Assembly (NCBI GenBank): GCA_003971905.1
Contig: RSEE01000002.1
Location: forward strand, 1,240,001-1,304,000
DNA from: Moniliella sp. 'wahieum'
Taxonomy: Eukaryota
DNA: 64,000 nt
Reading direction: 5' to 3'
Shown: positions 1-13,289 of the stretch, piece by piece
Layout of the letters: the number at the start of each line of letters is the position of its first letter
How positions within the stretch are numbered: position 1 is the stretch's first letter
Notes under the pieces: model-generated
What the model saw: the letters and a program-made list of their open reading frames with translations, nothing else
The model's database searches: none
What the model was told of the DNA's origin: nothing
Made by a program: the position numbers and the translations under genes

Positions 1-762
1 CAGTCGGAGCTCAGGCTCTCAGGCACGTGGCCGCGTCTGCGCACTGTGGCGCCCCGCCGGCCCCAGCCGTGCAGCGGAGCGGCGTGGAGCCACACTGGCG
101 CCGTGCGGCTGCAGCTGCCCTCGGCTGCTCCCCACATTCAGGCTGGCAGGCTGCACGCTGCAAGCTCCAGATCGCAGAGCTTCAGGCTTCGCCCGGAGCC
201 GGGCAAGCACTGGCGCAGCGCAGTGGCTAGTGGCTAGTGGTTCTGGCCAAGCGAGCGCGGCGCTGCCGGCAGACGGCGCTGGGCCACATTGTGCCCGCTC
301 CCACGTCACACACCGCGCGGTGCCTGCGCGGTGCCTGCCAGGGCGCACCGCTGCGTGCCGGTCCGCTGCCGCGCCTCGGCACACGCGGGCACGGCGCCAG
401 TGCAGCCAGGGGGCGGTGACATGTGGCAAGGCGCATGGCATGTGGCATGTGGCACGTGTGATGCAGGCGAGCAGTGTGATGCGTGACGGCCGCCTGACAG
501 CGCGGCCTCCCCCGGTGAGCCAGTCCCAGTCGTGGCGTCGCGGCGACCGGCGGCTGCTCTGATCGGGATCGCTCAGCCGCTCCTCCCTTGGCGCCAGCGC
601 CGCCAGGAGACCCCCGCCCGCGTTGGTGCGCGCCAGGCTGCCCAATTGAAACCAAGCCTGCCCGCCTCTCCCCGCTGCCCTTCCGTCTCCCTCGGCCGAC
701 CCACCACCCGCGTCCTCCGCCCAACCCCCAACCCCCTGCCGCCGCCCGGCGTGAGATTGCAC

Positions 763-1436
763 ATGTCCGGCTACCACGCGTACGCGCTGCCCCCCCACTA
801 TCGCCGCCCCCCGCGCCCGCCGTCGGCCTCGCCACGCCCCACCTGGACGACTGTCTGCTGACCGACCCGCGCCTCGGCCCCTCCCTCCTCTCCTCCCAGC
901 CCACCTACCGCTCTCTCCCCCCCTGGAGCTCCTCGCCCCCCTCGACCCCAACACCGCCTTTGCCCCCACCTCTGCCCTCGTGCCCCCTCCCCCACCCCAC
1001 CCGGACTGGGCCGCGTCGCCCCCCCCCCAGGCTCGACCTGCCGCGCCCGCGGAGCACATGCCCCCCTCTTCCACATCCCCTCCACCCATGCGCCGCCTGT
1101 CCCGGACGCGCCCCTGTTCGCCTCGCTCGCGCCCGATGTCGTTCCCGCCCCCGCGCCAGGTCCGCTCGCCCACCCGCCCGTCAAGCGAACGCGCACACCC
1201 AAAAGCGCTTGAACAATCCGGCCAAGCAGGACGAGTCTCCACCGCGGCGCAAGCGGCCTTGGTCCCCGTACAATGTGTACATGTCCAAGGCGGTCGCCTT
1301 GGTGCGCGCCCGCCGCGAAGGCATGACCCACAAAGAAGCGTTTGGCATCGCCGCCCATGAATGGCATTTCCACCCGACCAACCCCAAGAAGAAAGCCGAC
1401 GCAGAGGAGACGCCAGCGGCCAACACGTCTGCCTAG
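763..1436 (+). CDS. Pro-rich protein with a C-terminal YABBY/HMG-box-like helical domain
   Basis: ATG at 763 (MSGYHAY...) with frameshifts into ORF 588..1436. The C-terminus KRPWSPYNVYMSKAVALVRARREGMTHKEAFGIAAHEWHFHPTNPKK matches the YABBY pattern S-x-YN-x-F/Y...H-K/R-EAF-xx-AA-xx-W. Confidence 0.7.
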
Positions 1437-2189
1437 CCATCTAGCCATGCTGCTCTTCACCCCTCCCCCTCCGCATCCCTCCCTGCCCGCGCGGCCCCCG
1501 CCCCGTATCCTCTTTTTTGCTTCTTGCACACCCGTCGAACGTTGACCTTGAACGTTGACTTTACTCTCCCTCGCCTGGGTCCATCCCCCTCCTGCTCTGT
1601 TCCAGCCGTACATACTGTCTGTGTCCTCTTTGCCTCTTGATGTGGCTCCTGCTTGACCCCACTCATGCCCTATCCCATTGCTGCCGAGACGCTTCAGGCG
1701 GGCTGCACAGCGGGCTCAAGTGACTATACCTAGTCGCATCGTACTCGTACTGCCTTCATAGAGAGGGGCTGCTGGCCTGCCGGCGCAGCATGCATGCAGC
1801 TTTCCCATCCTCTCTCCCCCTCCCCCTGTTATTTGTCCTTGGTTTCGTTTCCCTTCTGCCTATGGAGAAGATCGAATGCGATGCCCATATGGCCCACGTA
1901 TTCCAGCTGTGATGGCTTTCTAAAAACGCGTGGTCTTGCCCAGGATGGCGGCGATAGGAGAACATGGACCCAGACAAAGGCAACCCGGTATAGCAAGTAT
2001 GGATACGAGCCAAGATGGCAGAGAGCCGAAAAGAAGGTCAAACTTTCTCTCGCTCGGGTGGTGGGGAAGGGGCGAGCACATGCATCATCGTTTAGTTCAA
2101 GGCAAGTGCCCATTCGTTTTTGGATTTCCAACCTACTTGTTCCGCCAACCAGCTGCTCCACCTCGACCCGACCGCTGGTGCGACCAATC

Positions 2190-3122
2190 TTAGATGACCA
2201 CTTTGCCCTCGATGCAGGTAACCGTCTCGCCGCCAATCCAAATGTTGTCCGAGTCGGAGCGGACGTGGACTCGGCCTTGGCGGCCGAGGATGGTGCCTTG
2301 GCTACAGAGGTACGAAGCAGGTGCCTTGCCTGTCCGGATGAGCCATTGGGCCGCTGCAGCACTGCGCGGGAAGAGGAAGGTCAGGCATTTGGATCCAAGC
2401 CGAGAGCACAGCCGGGGAAAGGGCAAGTAGAACGTACTTAAAGCTGCCGGTGATCGGGTCTTCGTCCACCCCCGTCTCGGGGTAGAACATGCGGCATTCA
2501 AAGTCTGGCGTGCCGGGCTTGGGAGAGAGGTAGGGAGCAATGAACCCCCATCCGGAGCCTGAGTCAATGGCACGCAAAGCGCTCATGTTGGGCTCAAGCG
2601 CCAACACGTCCTCGGCCGAAGAGAGGAGAAAGATGTGAAAGTCAGGCCCGTTGGTCATGCGTCGCGAAGCTTGCACCAGCTCCGCTTGGCACCCACACGC
2701 CTCCAGTCCCTTTTGCGCCAGGCCCGGGTCCACCTCCTCGTCCACTCGCAGCGGCGGCGCAGCCAAACTCAGCCGCCCGTCAATCCGCTTGATCCGCACC
2801 GCGCCCACCCCGCACTGCTGCACCAGCTCGTCCTTCGTCTGGCCGGTAAGTGCGAGCCAGGCATGCGCCGATCCGAGGGTAGGATGCCCAGCAAACGGCA
2901 GCTCGCTCTGCGGGGTAAAGATGCGCACATGGTAGTCCGCGCCGGCCTCGGTGGGGGCAAAAGAAAGGTGGTTTCGCTCAAGTTGGTCCAATTGGCAAAC
3001 TGCTGCATTTGCTCCGTCGTCAGGCCCGTCGCATCCTGCACCACCGCCACGGGGTTCCCCGTGTACCCGGCCGTGGGGGAGAGGGTAAAGACGTCAACTT
3101 GCACAAAGGGACGGCTGGTCAT
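2190..3122 (-). CDS. PhzF/YHI9-family epimerase/isomerase (phenazine biosynthesis-like)
   Basis: Motifs [43 protein letters not shown] and SQGT.LGR.GRVHV..IWIGG. Intron at about 2362-2437 (GTACGT...CTGAC...CAG on the minus strand). One frameshift near 2960. Confidence 0.92.
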
Positions 3123-4064
3123 GGGGCCAAAGGGTGGGTGTGGGGGTGAGGCAGCCAAGGGTATGGTGGTGGGGGACTTAAATGGGCCCCAGCGACGCAC
3201 TGGCCACCTCTTGCTTTTGACTTTTTTTGACTCGACAGCTTGGCGCTGGCGTTTCCGTCAATATTGGCTTGACCCGGTTCCTGCTCAGCCTGAGCGACTG
3301 ACTCTGTTATTAACTCCGAGGGACCGTCAGATCCTCCCGACCAAGCTCGTGTCGGTGTCCGCGTCCCAGCCAAAAGGAGCCCTATCGCCGTCAGAGCTCA
3401 GCAAAGCCGCGCGTGGGCCGAGAGTAGCCGACCGCGCCCGACGGCCATGGCTCGTCTGCCCAGGGATCCAAGGCATCGACTATCTCCGTTTCAAGCGCTC
3501 ACCACGACGGCCAAGATGGGCTCGAACAGACTAGAACTGCCAGTTACGAATCATAGGAGTGGGCTGCTGCTTCCTTTTGGTCGTTTTGCTATTGCACGGA
3601 CTCGTCGAAGGGCAGGAGGTCCTGTTTGCTCAGCTGGCCTCAAAAGCGGCCAAGACGTCCAGTCCAAAAGTCCAAATACACCCTCGCTAGCATGCGCAAC
3701 AGCGCGCGGGGAACAGGCGGCGGGCAGAGCTGTCGGTGCTACTCAACGGCACCCCCCGGCCACGCACGCAGTGGTTGGGGTGGATGGATCATGAGCGCGC
3801 ACCCGCAGCCGTTGGCGGCGGGTGGCGGGCAGCAAGCAGAGGCCCACGCGCAGCCCCCCACCAGGAGGAGCGCCAGCGGCCAGCCCCGGGCACGTCACGT
3901 GCACCGCGCGCGGGCGAGTAGTTCGTTAGTCACATGGCGCCAGGCGGAATGGCGGCCAGCAGCGGCATTCCAAATTCCGCTTTTCTTCTGGTGGGGCTCG
4001 GCCAGCAAGTTTCCCGGCGGGCGGGCGGCGAAGGCTGCGCTGGGCTTCCCACCGTCCATTCCCG

Positions 4065-5745
4065 ATGCGCGTCTCGGTCGTGGCGGCGATGCGCGCCAGT
4101 CCCCTGTCCGCAATGCGCTTCACCGCGCCGTCGCTCTGCGCGCCACGCCCTGTGCCCCGCTGGCCGTCACGCCCGCTGCGCGCCTGCACGCCTCGGCGCC
4201 CGTCGAGACCCGCTCGCGCTTGCGCAAAAAGCTGTTTGGCCACCACGACCAGGGCATGCTGCCGCGCATGTCGTGGAACGTGCACAACCTCTACAACATC
4301 CTCAACCGTACCTTCAACCCGCGCAAGCGAAGCGAGATCTACTTCAACCGCTCCAACGGCACCGTCTACCAGCAACGGTTTAAGGCCAAGCGCTTTGCCC
4401 GTGGCTACCACGGCGACTGGATCCAAGAGGGCCGTTTCAAGCGCTACTTTGTCCCGCTCCGCCTGCCTTCGTTCAACCAGGGCGGCACCTCGGCCGGGCT
4501 CAACAAGGGCGCTCGAGAACAGGCAAATGTGGCGAACCAGGTGGTGGACATTGGCGGGTACCAGGTGGCCCAGTCCCCGCTCTCGGCCGCCCGGGAGCAG
4601 TATGCGTCGGATACGCTCTGACCAGTGCTGAGACCAGCCTCCGATGGCGCAGCTGTACGTGCGTGACGTGGAGCGTGGCCTGGACGTGGTGGTTTCCGGC
4701 GTGCTTTGCCTCGTCGGTCTACAAGGCCCGCTCGCTCATCCTCGGCGGACACGTCAAGTTGAACGGCGTGGTGGTGACCAACCCGGGTCTGTGGCTCGAA
4801 CCGGGCGACTTGGTTCAGGTCTCCGTCTCGCATCCCCTTTCTGCGGTACACGGAGAAGGAGCTGAAGAAGCTCAAGGGGGCCGAAACGGGCGCGCTGGAG
4901 GTGGAGGCAGAGGCGGAGGCGGAGGAAGCGTCGGAGAACCGGAGGTGCAAGAGGAGGCCAAGGCCGAGGCAGCAGCCGAGGAAGAAGGAAAGTCTTCCGA
5001 CGACAAGGACGCCGCGGCGGAGGCTGCTTCCTCCGAGATGCAGGCGGTGCAGGATGAGATCAAGGAGGAAAAAGCAGAGAAGGCAGCCAAGGAAGCCAAA
5101 AGGAAGAACAAGGGCGAGAAGGAACCGTTGCCAAGGGTGTGCGTCCGTTCACCCCGGTTCCCTATGCCGCCTCCTTCCTCTTTGTTCCTCCGCACCTCGA
5201 AGTCAGCTGGACCACCTGCTCAGTGATCTTTATGCGCTACCCTACCATTACCGTCCGCAAGGAGACCAGGCGGCCCGGCTCGGGCTTCCGCAACCGCACC
5301 ACCACCGGCCGGCAGGGCGCGCGGGAAGCTCTGGTCGGTCCGGGCGAGGGGTCCACCAGCGACGTCAAGTACGAGACGGACATTGCGTCTCCCTTCCCGC
5401 CGCCGGAGACATCTACAAGCTTTCCTGGGAGTGGTACCAGTCCACGTCGCCGCGCACGCGTGGGCAGGTGCGCAAGGTGCGCCAGATGGGCCGTACCGCC
5501 GCCACGGTCTCGTCTCGTCGCGGTCGATTGAGGCGTTCCACCTGACCCGTGCGCTGGTCAACAACGAGTTGGTCGAACGGCAAAGCACCAACGTTGCCTG
5601 GCTCCACAAGATGCGCGAGGAACACCAGCCCAAGCTCAGCGAACGTATGCTCACCAAGCGCCAGAAGAACACTGTGGAGCTGGCTAAGCGGGCACTGGCG
5701 CGCTCCGCCTCGCTCAAAAACCATCGCGAGCAGCCCAAGGCGTAG
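4065..5745 (+). CDS. NAM9: Mitochondrial small-subunit ribosomal protein uS4m (Nam9)
   Basis: Arg/Ala/Ser-rich presequence-like N-terminus, then RMSWNVHNLYN, TVYQQRFKAK...RGYHGDWI.E.RF. S4 domain ERGLDVVV..CFASSVYKARSLILGGHVKLNGV...LEPGD and FTPVPYAASFLFVPPHLEVS. Several frameshifts. Confidence 0.85.
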
Positions 5746-6491
5746 AGGGGAGCAACTTGCATCGTATAATCTATGGTGCCCATTGCAACGCCCGCGACGT
5801 GGAGTGCCGCGGCGGCTGCAGATACTACCAAGGAGGGCAAACGCCTCGGATAGACGGGTTGTGCATAGTACTAGTAACACACAGGCCACGTGCGAGCAGA
5901 AAAAGGAGAGGGCAAGCAGGGACATCATATTCACAATGTTTTCTTTCAAGAACGTCGACCTGTTAGCCGCTTTCCACGCGACTCGCCCTTTGGAACTTGG
6001 TAACCCTGCAAAGCACTCTGCTTTTCAAGCTTCACGCCATCAGTCAGCAGTCAACTGTCGGCCGATCCCACTGGCATATTCATAGGGGGCTGAAGGTGCT
6101 GAAGCTTGACTTGAAGCTTGAAGCTTGAAGGCGGAAAAGCTGTGGAGGCTTGCAGAAGGTTAGCTAAAGTGGTGACTCTCGTGATGGCTGCGCTGGCGCT
6201 AATCATTAATCACAAGTCAGCTCTGCCTCCCGTGGCTTGCCGCTCCACACTGCCCCCGGCAAGCACCCCTGGACTCAGCCAGACTCACACTGCCCGTCTG
6301 CCTCCAGCCCACCCCGCGCTTCTCGCACGTGAGCACCTCCTTTACACCCAACGTTTCAACCGATACATCGCCTTCGCACCCAATAACTAGCCCAGCCTGT
6401 TGGCGCTCTCCTGAATCCCGCCTGCGCCTCCCATTCACCCCCTTCTCACCCACCACATACTCCCACCCGTCCCCTCCCACCCACGCTCGCC

Positions 6492-7250
6492 ATGAAGTTG
6501 TTGACTGTTCTGTGCACCCTCGCTGTCCTGCCGCTTCCGTGGCCACTGCCTCATCCTCTCCCCTCCTTGCCCCTGGACAAGCCCGCGCTGCCAACAAAGC
6601 TCGTCACTCGGAACTCTCGCTGGAAAACGCTACCGCGTCTACTCGGGCGGACGGGGCACTTACTACACGGAAGCAAGATGGTACGTCCCTCCCTCTCTCC
6701 TACAGCTACATTTATTTGGCAGATCAATCGTCCCCCCTTCCCTGCACCACGTGATCTATTGTGCCCGAATCAGTGCGCGTGCGATGAATCGTGCTTGCTG
6801 ACGTTTTTGTGCTGCCCTCGGCCTCAAGATGAACCTGCTTGCGGTGGAAAGGCTCCCACGGACAGCAGCATGGCAGTTGCTGTTCCGCTGGCTCTCCGGC
6901 CCATTGCGGGCAATGGATCCATCTCCAGTATGTGCACCTTTCTCCTTTCCTCCTCCTTTCCTCCTTTCCTTTCCTCCTCTCCTCCTTTCCCCCTTCTTCA
7001 TTGGATCCTCCGGCCCGTTATTGCACGAAATGGATCCATCTCCAGTATGGTTCTGCGGGGGCTCTGCTGACTCACTTGCGGTTCGGCAGGTACAATGGCA
7101 AGTCGGTGTCCGCCAAGGTGGTGGACGAATGTGGAAGCTCGTGCAAGTCGAAGCACGATGTGGACATGACCAAGGCCGTCTTTGAAGAACTAGCGGACTT
7201 GTCGGTGGGGTGCTGAAGCCACTCAAGTTCGTGTGATGGAGGACAACTAA
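6492..7250 (+). CDS. Secreted RlpA-like double-psi beta-barrel (expansin/loosenin-like) protein
   Basis: Signal peptide MKLLTVLCTLAVL, then GRGTYY, ACGG...AVAVP and CGQWIHLQ|YNGKSVSAKVVDECGSSC...VDMTKAVFEELADLSVG. Introns at about 6681-6828 and 6928-7089. Confidence 0.85.
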
Positions 7251-9441
7251 ATCAGGTCGCTGCCGTCTTCCTCTTGCATTTCCCTCTCACACTCATTTGG
7301 CACTGCATACCCAGTAAGGTACACGTCTCCTTATCTCTCCATATTCCACCATCGTTTCGCTATTCCCGCTCGTGCGTATCCATTGCAAAACGCTTGTCGC
7401 TCTCTCATATCGACAGGGCGCCACCTTGGACCTTTCTATCCTCTTTTGCCTTCTCTTCTCCCGTACAAGGAAGACCAATTCAACCTACTACAAACTGTAT
7501 TACCTTCACACCCACTCCTGTCTTCGCACTTCCATCACACAGCGCTGGTTACCGGTTACCTCTCGTCTCATCTGCCCCCACACCTCGTCTCGCGACCGCT
7601 CCGGCCCTGCGGCTATCTTTCTTGGGGCACCCTCGGCATCTGGTTTTATTTGTTTTGTGCCACAGCGGGAAGGCAACTACCTTCGTTTGCGCACCAGTAC
7701 CGCCCTCCTGCCTTCCTGCCGTACGTAACAGCGTTTAGCCATGCGACCCACGGACGCCCTCTGACGCATGGAGGGGGATGTGACGCTCGTTCTTCGTCGC
7801 AATTTTAACTATAGTACTCTTGAGGGCACTGCTGTGATACGCCAGCCAGATTCGCTTTCCACGGCGCTTTGCTATAACGATGCCTTACGACATCGGAGGG
7901 GCAAAAAAGGGGACCTAATGGCTTTCGTCCCTCACCTCCCATCGTGCGCAGCACCAGGAATGCAGATTCAAACTTGCGGGTTATGTCCTTGCGGTACAAA
8001 AAAAGTGGTCAATATGAGGCTTGAACTCATGACCTTGGCATTTACTACAGCTCCGGCTGGATGCTATTAGTACCACGCTCTGACCAACTGAGCTAATCGA
8101 CCAGGTTGAAATATCCTGTTCCAACTTCTACTTTGTGGTTGAAGGCAGGGGTGCTCGATCATTGGCGTGAGATGGACACGCTTGCACTCTTATGCCACCC
8201 TGATACATCATCGGCTCACAGGCCGATGCCCTCAAGCGCATCAGGGGACTTTGGGTGCCAAGCCTCAGACCTCAAGACAGACTAGATGGCAGCGACCGGC
8301 CAGGTGGGCACGCAAGGGTGGCCTTGAAGCGCGATCGGACTTTGTGGATGGGCGGCAATAGAAGAGTGTGGGGCTGACGGGTTCGGTCCATCGCGTCTGC
8401 GACAAAAGCGACGGGGTCCCGCAGCCCCGTTCAACGTTCACTATATAGCTTCACTAGTCGCTACTCATCAAGCCGTCAGTCTCAGTCTGCTCCTAGTCCA
8501 GTTAAGACTGCTGGACTTGGGCTAACGCGCTAACGGTGCAACACGCTCAGCAGCGTATGCGCCCAGCCAGCCGGCGCTCCGCTCCCACCAAGACGCCACC
8601 TCCAACGCCACCCCAACGCCACCGGCACACCGCCACCGCGTCATGGCGCGCAAAACGTCGTGCGCGAAGGCGCAGCGCATGATACAGTGACCATATACAT
8701 GAGTGGGCATAATACTAAGGCATTACATGTCGGCTCTCTTTTCTCCCTCGTGTAGAAGAGACCAGCCCAGAGCAACGAGCAACATACAGGCCAGCGATGT
8801 CTACGATCTGAGAGAAGATAAGGATGAACACCGGATCGCCACAACCTACAGCTCTGTGTCATTATGCCGTTGCATGCGGAAGAGAGTCTGGTCAGGTATG
8901 TGGAGGAGTAGTGTCCCTGGACGGTTGGAGAGCGAGGGAGTTCTCACAGAGTTTCGATCAAGTGTCGGCTTGAGCGTACGCTCTTGTCGTGACTTAAAGG
9001 TGATAATACACCCCACACACACATCCGGACCTCCGTGGACCCATTTTCGTCCTTTGTACCCTTCCCCATGTCCGATTTCCCAGCCCCGGCATGAGCAAGC
9101 CATTTTCGGCGTACCATGTGCACCTATCGGTTTCGTTTATTCTCTGTGCCAGTTGTGCAGTTTGTCTTTCCCAATCCTCTTCCACCTCCTTGATCAGGAG
9201 AAGCGCTTTGCTAGCATTGGCTATACGCACGAGATCTGTGGAGATCGGCTGACCAAAGATACCTCTTGAGGAGAACAAAGAGCTGAGACGGGCAAGCCAC
9301 CCCAGGCACCTGTTGATCAGTCCAACGCTCCTCCTCGCGGTTGACCAGGCATCTTTGAATCAGTGCCTACTTCGAATTATCAGTCTACGCACCAGTCTTT
9401 CCTGTGGTGGCCCAACTAAGGCCCCGCGTCTTCATCCGCAT

Positions 9442-10200
9442 ATGCCGGGCGAAAAGGAGGCGGACACGGCGCCGAAGAAGAAGAGTGAGGTTGGAACGAC
9501 CAATCCTCCTCGGTGGCAAAGCTTGAAGGACTCTGTTTCTCAGCCGTTATCAGGGAGCCTCAAGGGATCCTTTTCCCGGCCATTTTCGAAGGAGCGCAGT
9601 AGCACCAGCCCGCCTTCTTCGTTTGTGCCGACATCGGCGTTCCAGGCGTACCTTGGTCGATCTCAAAGAACGCTGGCCAACAGTAGGACTAGCCACAGCG
9701 GGAGCACCCAGCGGCAAGACCGTCTCCCCAAAGCGCCTTCCTCTTCTACACATGGGAGCGCAGGATCAAGCACAACAGACAAAACGGGCTCCCAATTCGT
9801 CGATACCTCCTCTTCACTCGGAATGGGACGGGAAACGGTTTCCCTATTTGACAACGAGGAGGATGCGGAGCCTGAACCTCATTGGCTCTACGAGGCATGG
9901 AACAAGGACGAAAGCACCAGTCAACGGGGTGCCTCATTGCCCTCTCACAGAGGTAGCCTGTCGTCCCATCTCTGGACGAACGAACAGATCGTTTCTCCTT
10001 GGCCAACGGGGCTGCGTGGCAACGAACGGCAATCGTTGACGCGTCGGCAGTACGGCCTCTCCGTCATTACCGCCTCGTCTTCCGTTCCGACAATTTCTCA
10101 GAAGCCCTGCCTGCCCTGCCCCCAACTGTCCCTGGCCAGAAAAAAGCTGATAGCAGATCTGTTGCTTCCCACCTCGACCGACACACGGAGAACAAAGTAG
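9442..10200 (+). CDS. Hypothetical Ser-rich, low-complexity protein
   Basis: Open frame of about 250 codons from MPGEKEADTAPKKK. No recognisable domain, and the end is uncertain. Confidence 0.35.
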   Translation: MPGEKEADTAPKKKSEVGTTNPPRWQSLKDSVSQPLSGSLKGSFSRPFSKERSSTSPPSSFVPTSAFQAYLGRSQRTLANSRTSHSGSTQRQDRLPKAPSSSTHGSAGSSTTDKTGSQFVDTSSSLGMGRETVSLFDNEEDAEPEPHWLYEAWNKDESTSQRGASLPSHRGSLSSHLWTNEQIVSPWPTGLRGNERQSLTRRQYGLSVITASSSVPTISQKPCLPCPQLSLARKKLIADLLLPTSTDTRRTK

Positions 10201-11607
10201 GCTGACACTGATCACCATATGCCGTTGTCGATAACGGTCGGGCGAGGCATAAATAGAGGGGATGTGGCGATGCGCTCTCTCTTGATCGCACTGTAAGAGC
10301 TCTTTGCCGGCTTTACCCCATCCCTTTTCTTGCTCGCCGGTGTAACATACTAGAGCCCGACAAAATCCACATGGGAAGGCTCAAGAGGCCCAACCTTTTG
10401 GCGCTGGTGGAGGTTGAGAGCAAAAAAGGAACATTCGCAAGTCGCTTCATCAACAAAAGCACATCAATGTGGATGCAAGCAAGAATCACGCATGTGTAAC
10501 AGACGGTGGTTGCTGCGCGACTCCCTACAACGCTGACGCATGGGTCAGTATGAGTATTAGGGGCATTTTGGGCATGTTTGGCGTAGTCCCGACAAGGCTG
10601 TATAATGGGGTTCCTGCCCAACAAAGGGTAGCATGTGCCAATCGGAACGAGATAGTGAATGTGATGTGCATCACCACGCAGAGGTGATATGAACTGGTGT
10701 GGGCATCACCGGCATCACCGACATCATGTTCAGCTTCAAGCGCTGAAGCTGAAGCTTGGTCGACAAGGGCCGATGTTGATGGTCTGAAGAGCGACGATGC
10801 GCCATGGGAGCACGCCATGGTTTGATTTTTATTTGTTTTTAGCATGCATTTTTGGCGGATGCGTGCTCGAGACACAGGTGCGCTGTTTTCCAGGTAGACT
10901 CGAAGGCGTATCGGAGTGATGTGAGCAGTTAGCACCGTCGCCTGACATGTGACAGAAGGGATGGGATGGGGTTAGGCCAAGCTATTCGACAGCATCAGAT
11001 ATGGGTCAGAGGTGTCAAAGGTTGTTGCGTGGATTAATTTGACCGTCAACGTAGTCAACCAGTCAACGCCAACCTCCAACCTTCAACGTTGCAATGCTGG
11101 CGCAAACACTGCCCCTGCGCCTGCCCCGGCTATAGTCGGTCGTTTTTTTTTTTTCTGCCCATGCGTTTCTCCTGATCGCCCGGCTACTAAGACATGAGCA
11201 AGAGCGCAAAACGCACCCGCCCCAAACCGCCTTCTCTTCCTTCTTTCTTCCCACCACCACCACCACCACCACACCACCACCACCCCACCACCGCCCCCGG
11301 CTTTTGCTGCCCCCTCGTGTGCAGCCTTCATCCCTCCTCCTTCCGCTCCACCCTCTCCTGGCTCGCCCCTTTCTGGCCAGCCTCCTTGTCCCACCCGCCT
11401 CCAACAGGCTTGTCTGGGAAGCTCAGTCCAACCTGTGGTGAGCGTGCCATTTGCCGTCACCCACCAGGTTTCCTCTTTCTCTTTGTTGTACTTGTCCCTC
11501 AGTCAGATACTCTCTTTCTGGGTCGCCTTGCTTCAACTCACTTTAGCATCCTCTCCCTCCCCACATCCTATCATTTCCTCAGCACACCCCTCCCTTCTTT
11601 CTCTCTA

Positions 11608-12647
<1,040 letters not shown>

Positions 12648-13289
12648 AACCAAGACAACTACTTGGCCCCCTCGCCTCCCTCTCCTCTTGCCAGAGATGG
12701 GTTCCCTGGTACGGTTCAACACACCCTCATCCCTCTTTTTTCCCGCTAAAGTGCTCGTACAGGCAACCTCAACGTGTAACCAATACGCATTCTTTTCCAT
12801 TGAACTTGAACTGACAAAGGTAGGGGCCGAGGGTTAGAAGGTGGCAGCTACGACCGACGTTGGAGCCATCGGCTCACATAGCTTAGTTAGGCTGACTACC
12901 AGTCCTAGTGGGATGTCAGGTTTCAGGAATGCCACGCGATAGGAAAAGCTCATAGCTAGCCGCTAATCAACTTGGCCAAGTGTGTCAAGGGTGGCGATGC
13001 CAATCAAGGTCAATCAAGTATCAAATGTCATGCATGTCACATCACATGTCAAATGGCAAAGGTCAACGTCACTGGCAGCCACCGAGCACCCCTGACAATC
13101 CATTTCCTCACTGGCCCACCCCGACTTGACCTCTCTAGGACCATTCGGCACGCTGAGGTCTCTGGGATGGAATGAGAAGCCGGTATTGGGAACCGCTAGG
13201 GCCGTCCTCATCTGTGGGCTTGCTTTGGCCGTCCACGTGCCGTTCATCCCAGCGCACAGCGAGCCGGCAGACGGAGGCATACCCAGTCT

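Noticed and set aside
19..1440. Long antisense ORFs (19..1440 -, 16376..17782 -, 31341..32402 -, 50833..52413 -)
   Set aside because: They are shadows of real GC-rich genes on the other strand, with low-complexity Gly/Arg/Ala translations.
2190..3122. Phenazine biosynthesis cluster
   Set aside because: No other phz genes are present, and stand-alone PhzF-like genes are widespread.
7300..9300. Short ORFs, a TATATA at about 8442 and a small AGTCCAG/CTGGACT hairpin near 8495-8517
   Set aside because: No recognisable domain or splice-consistent gene model.
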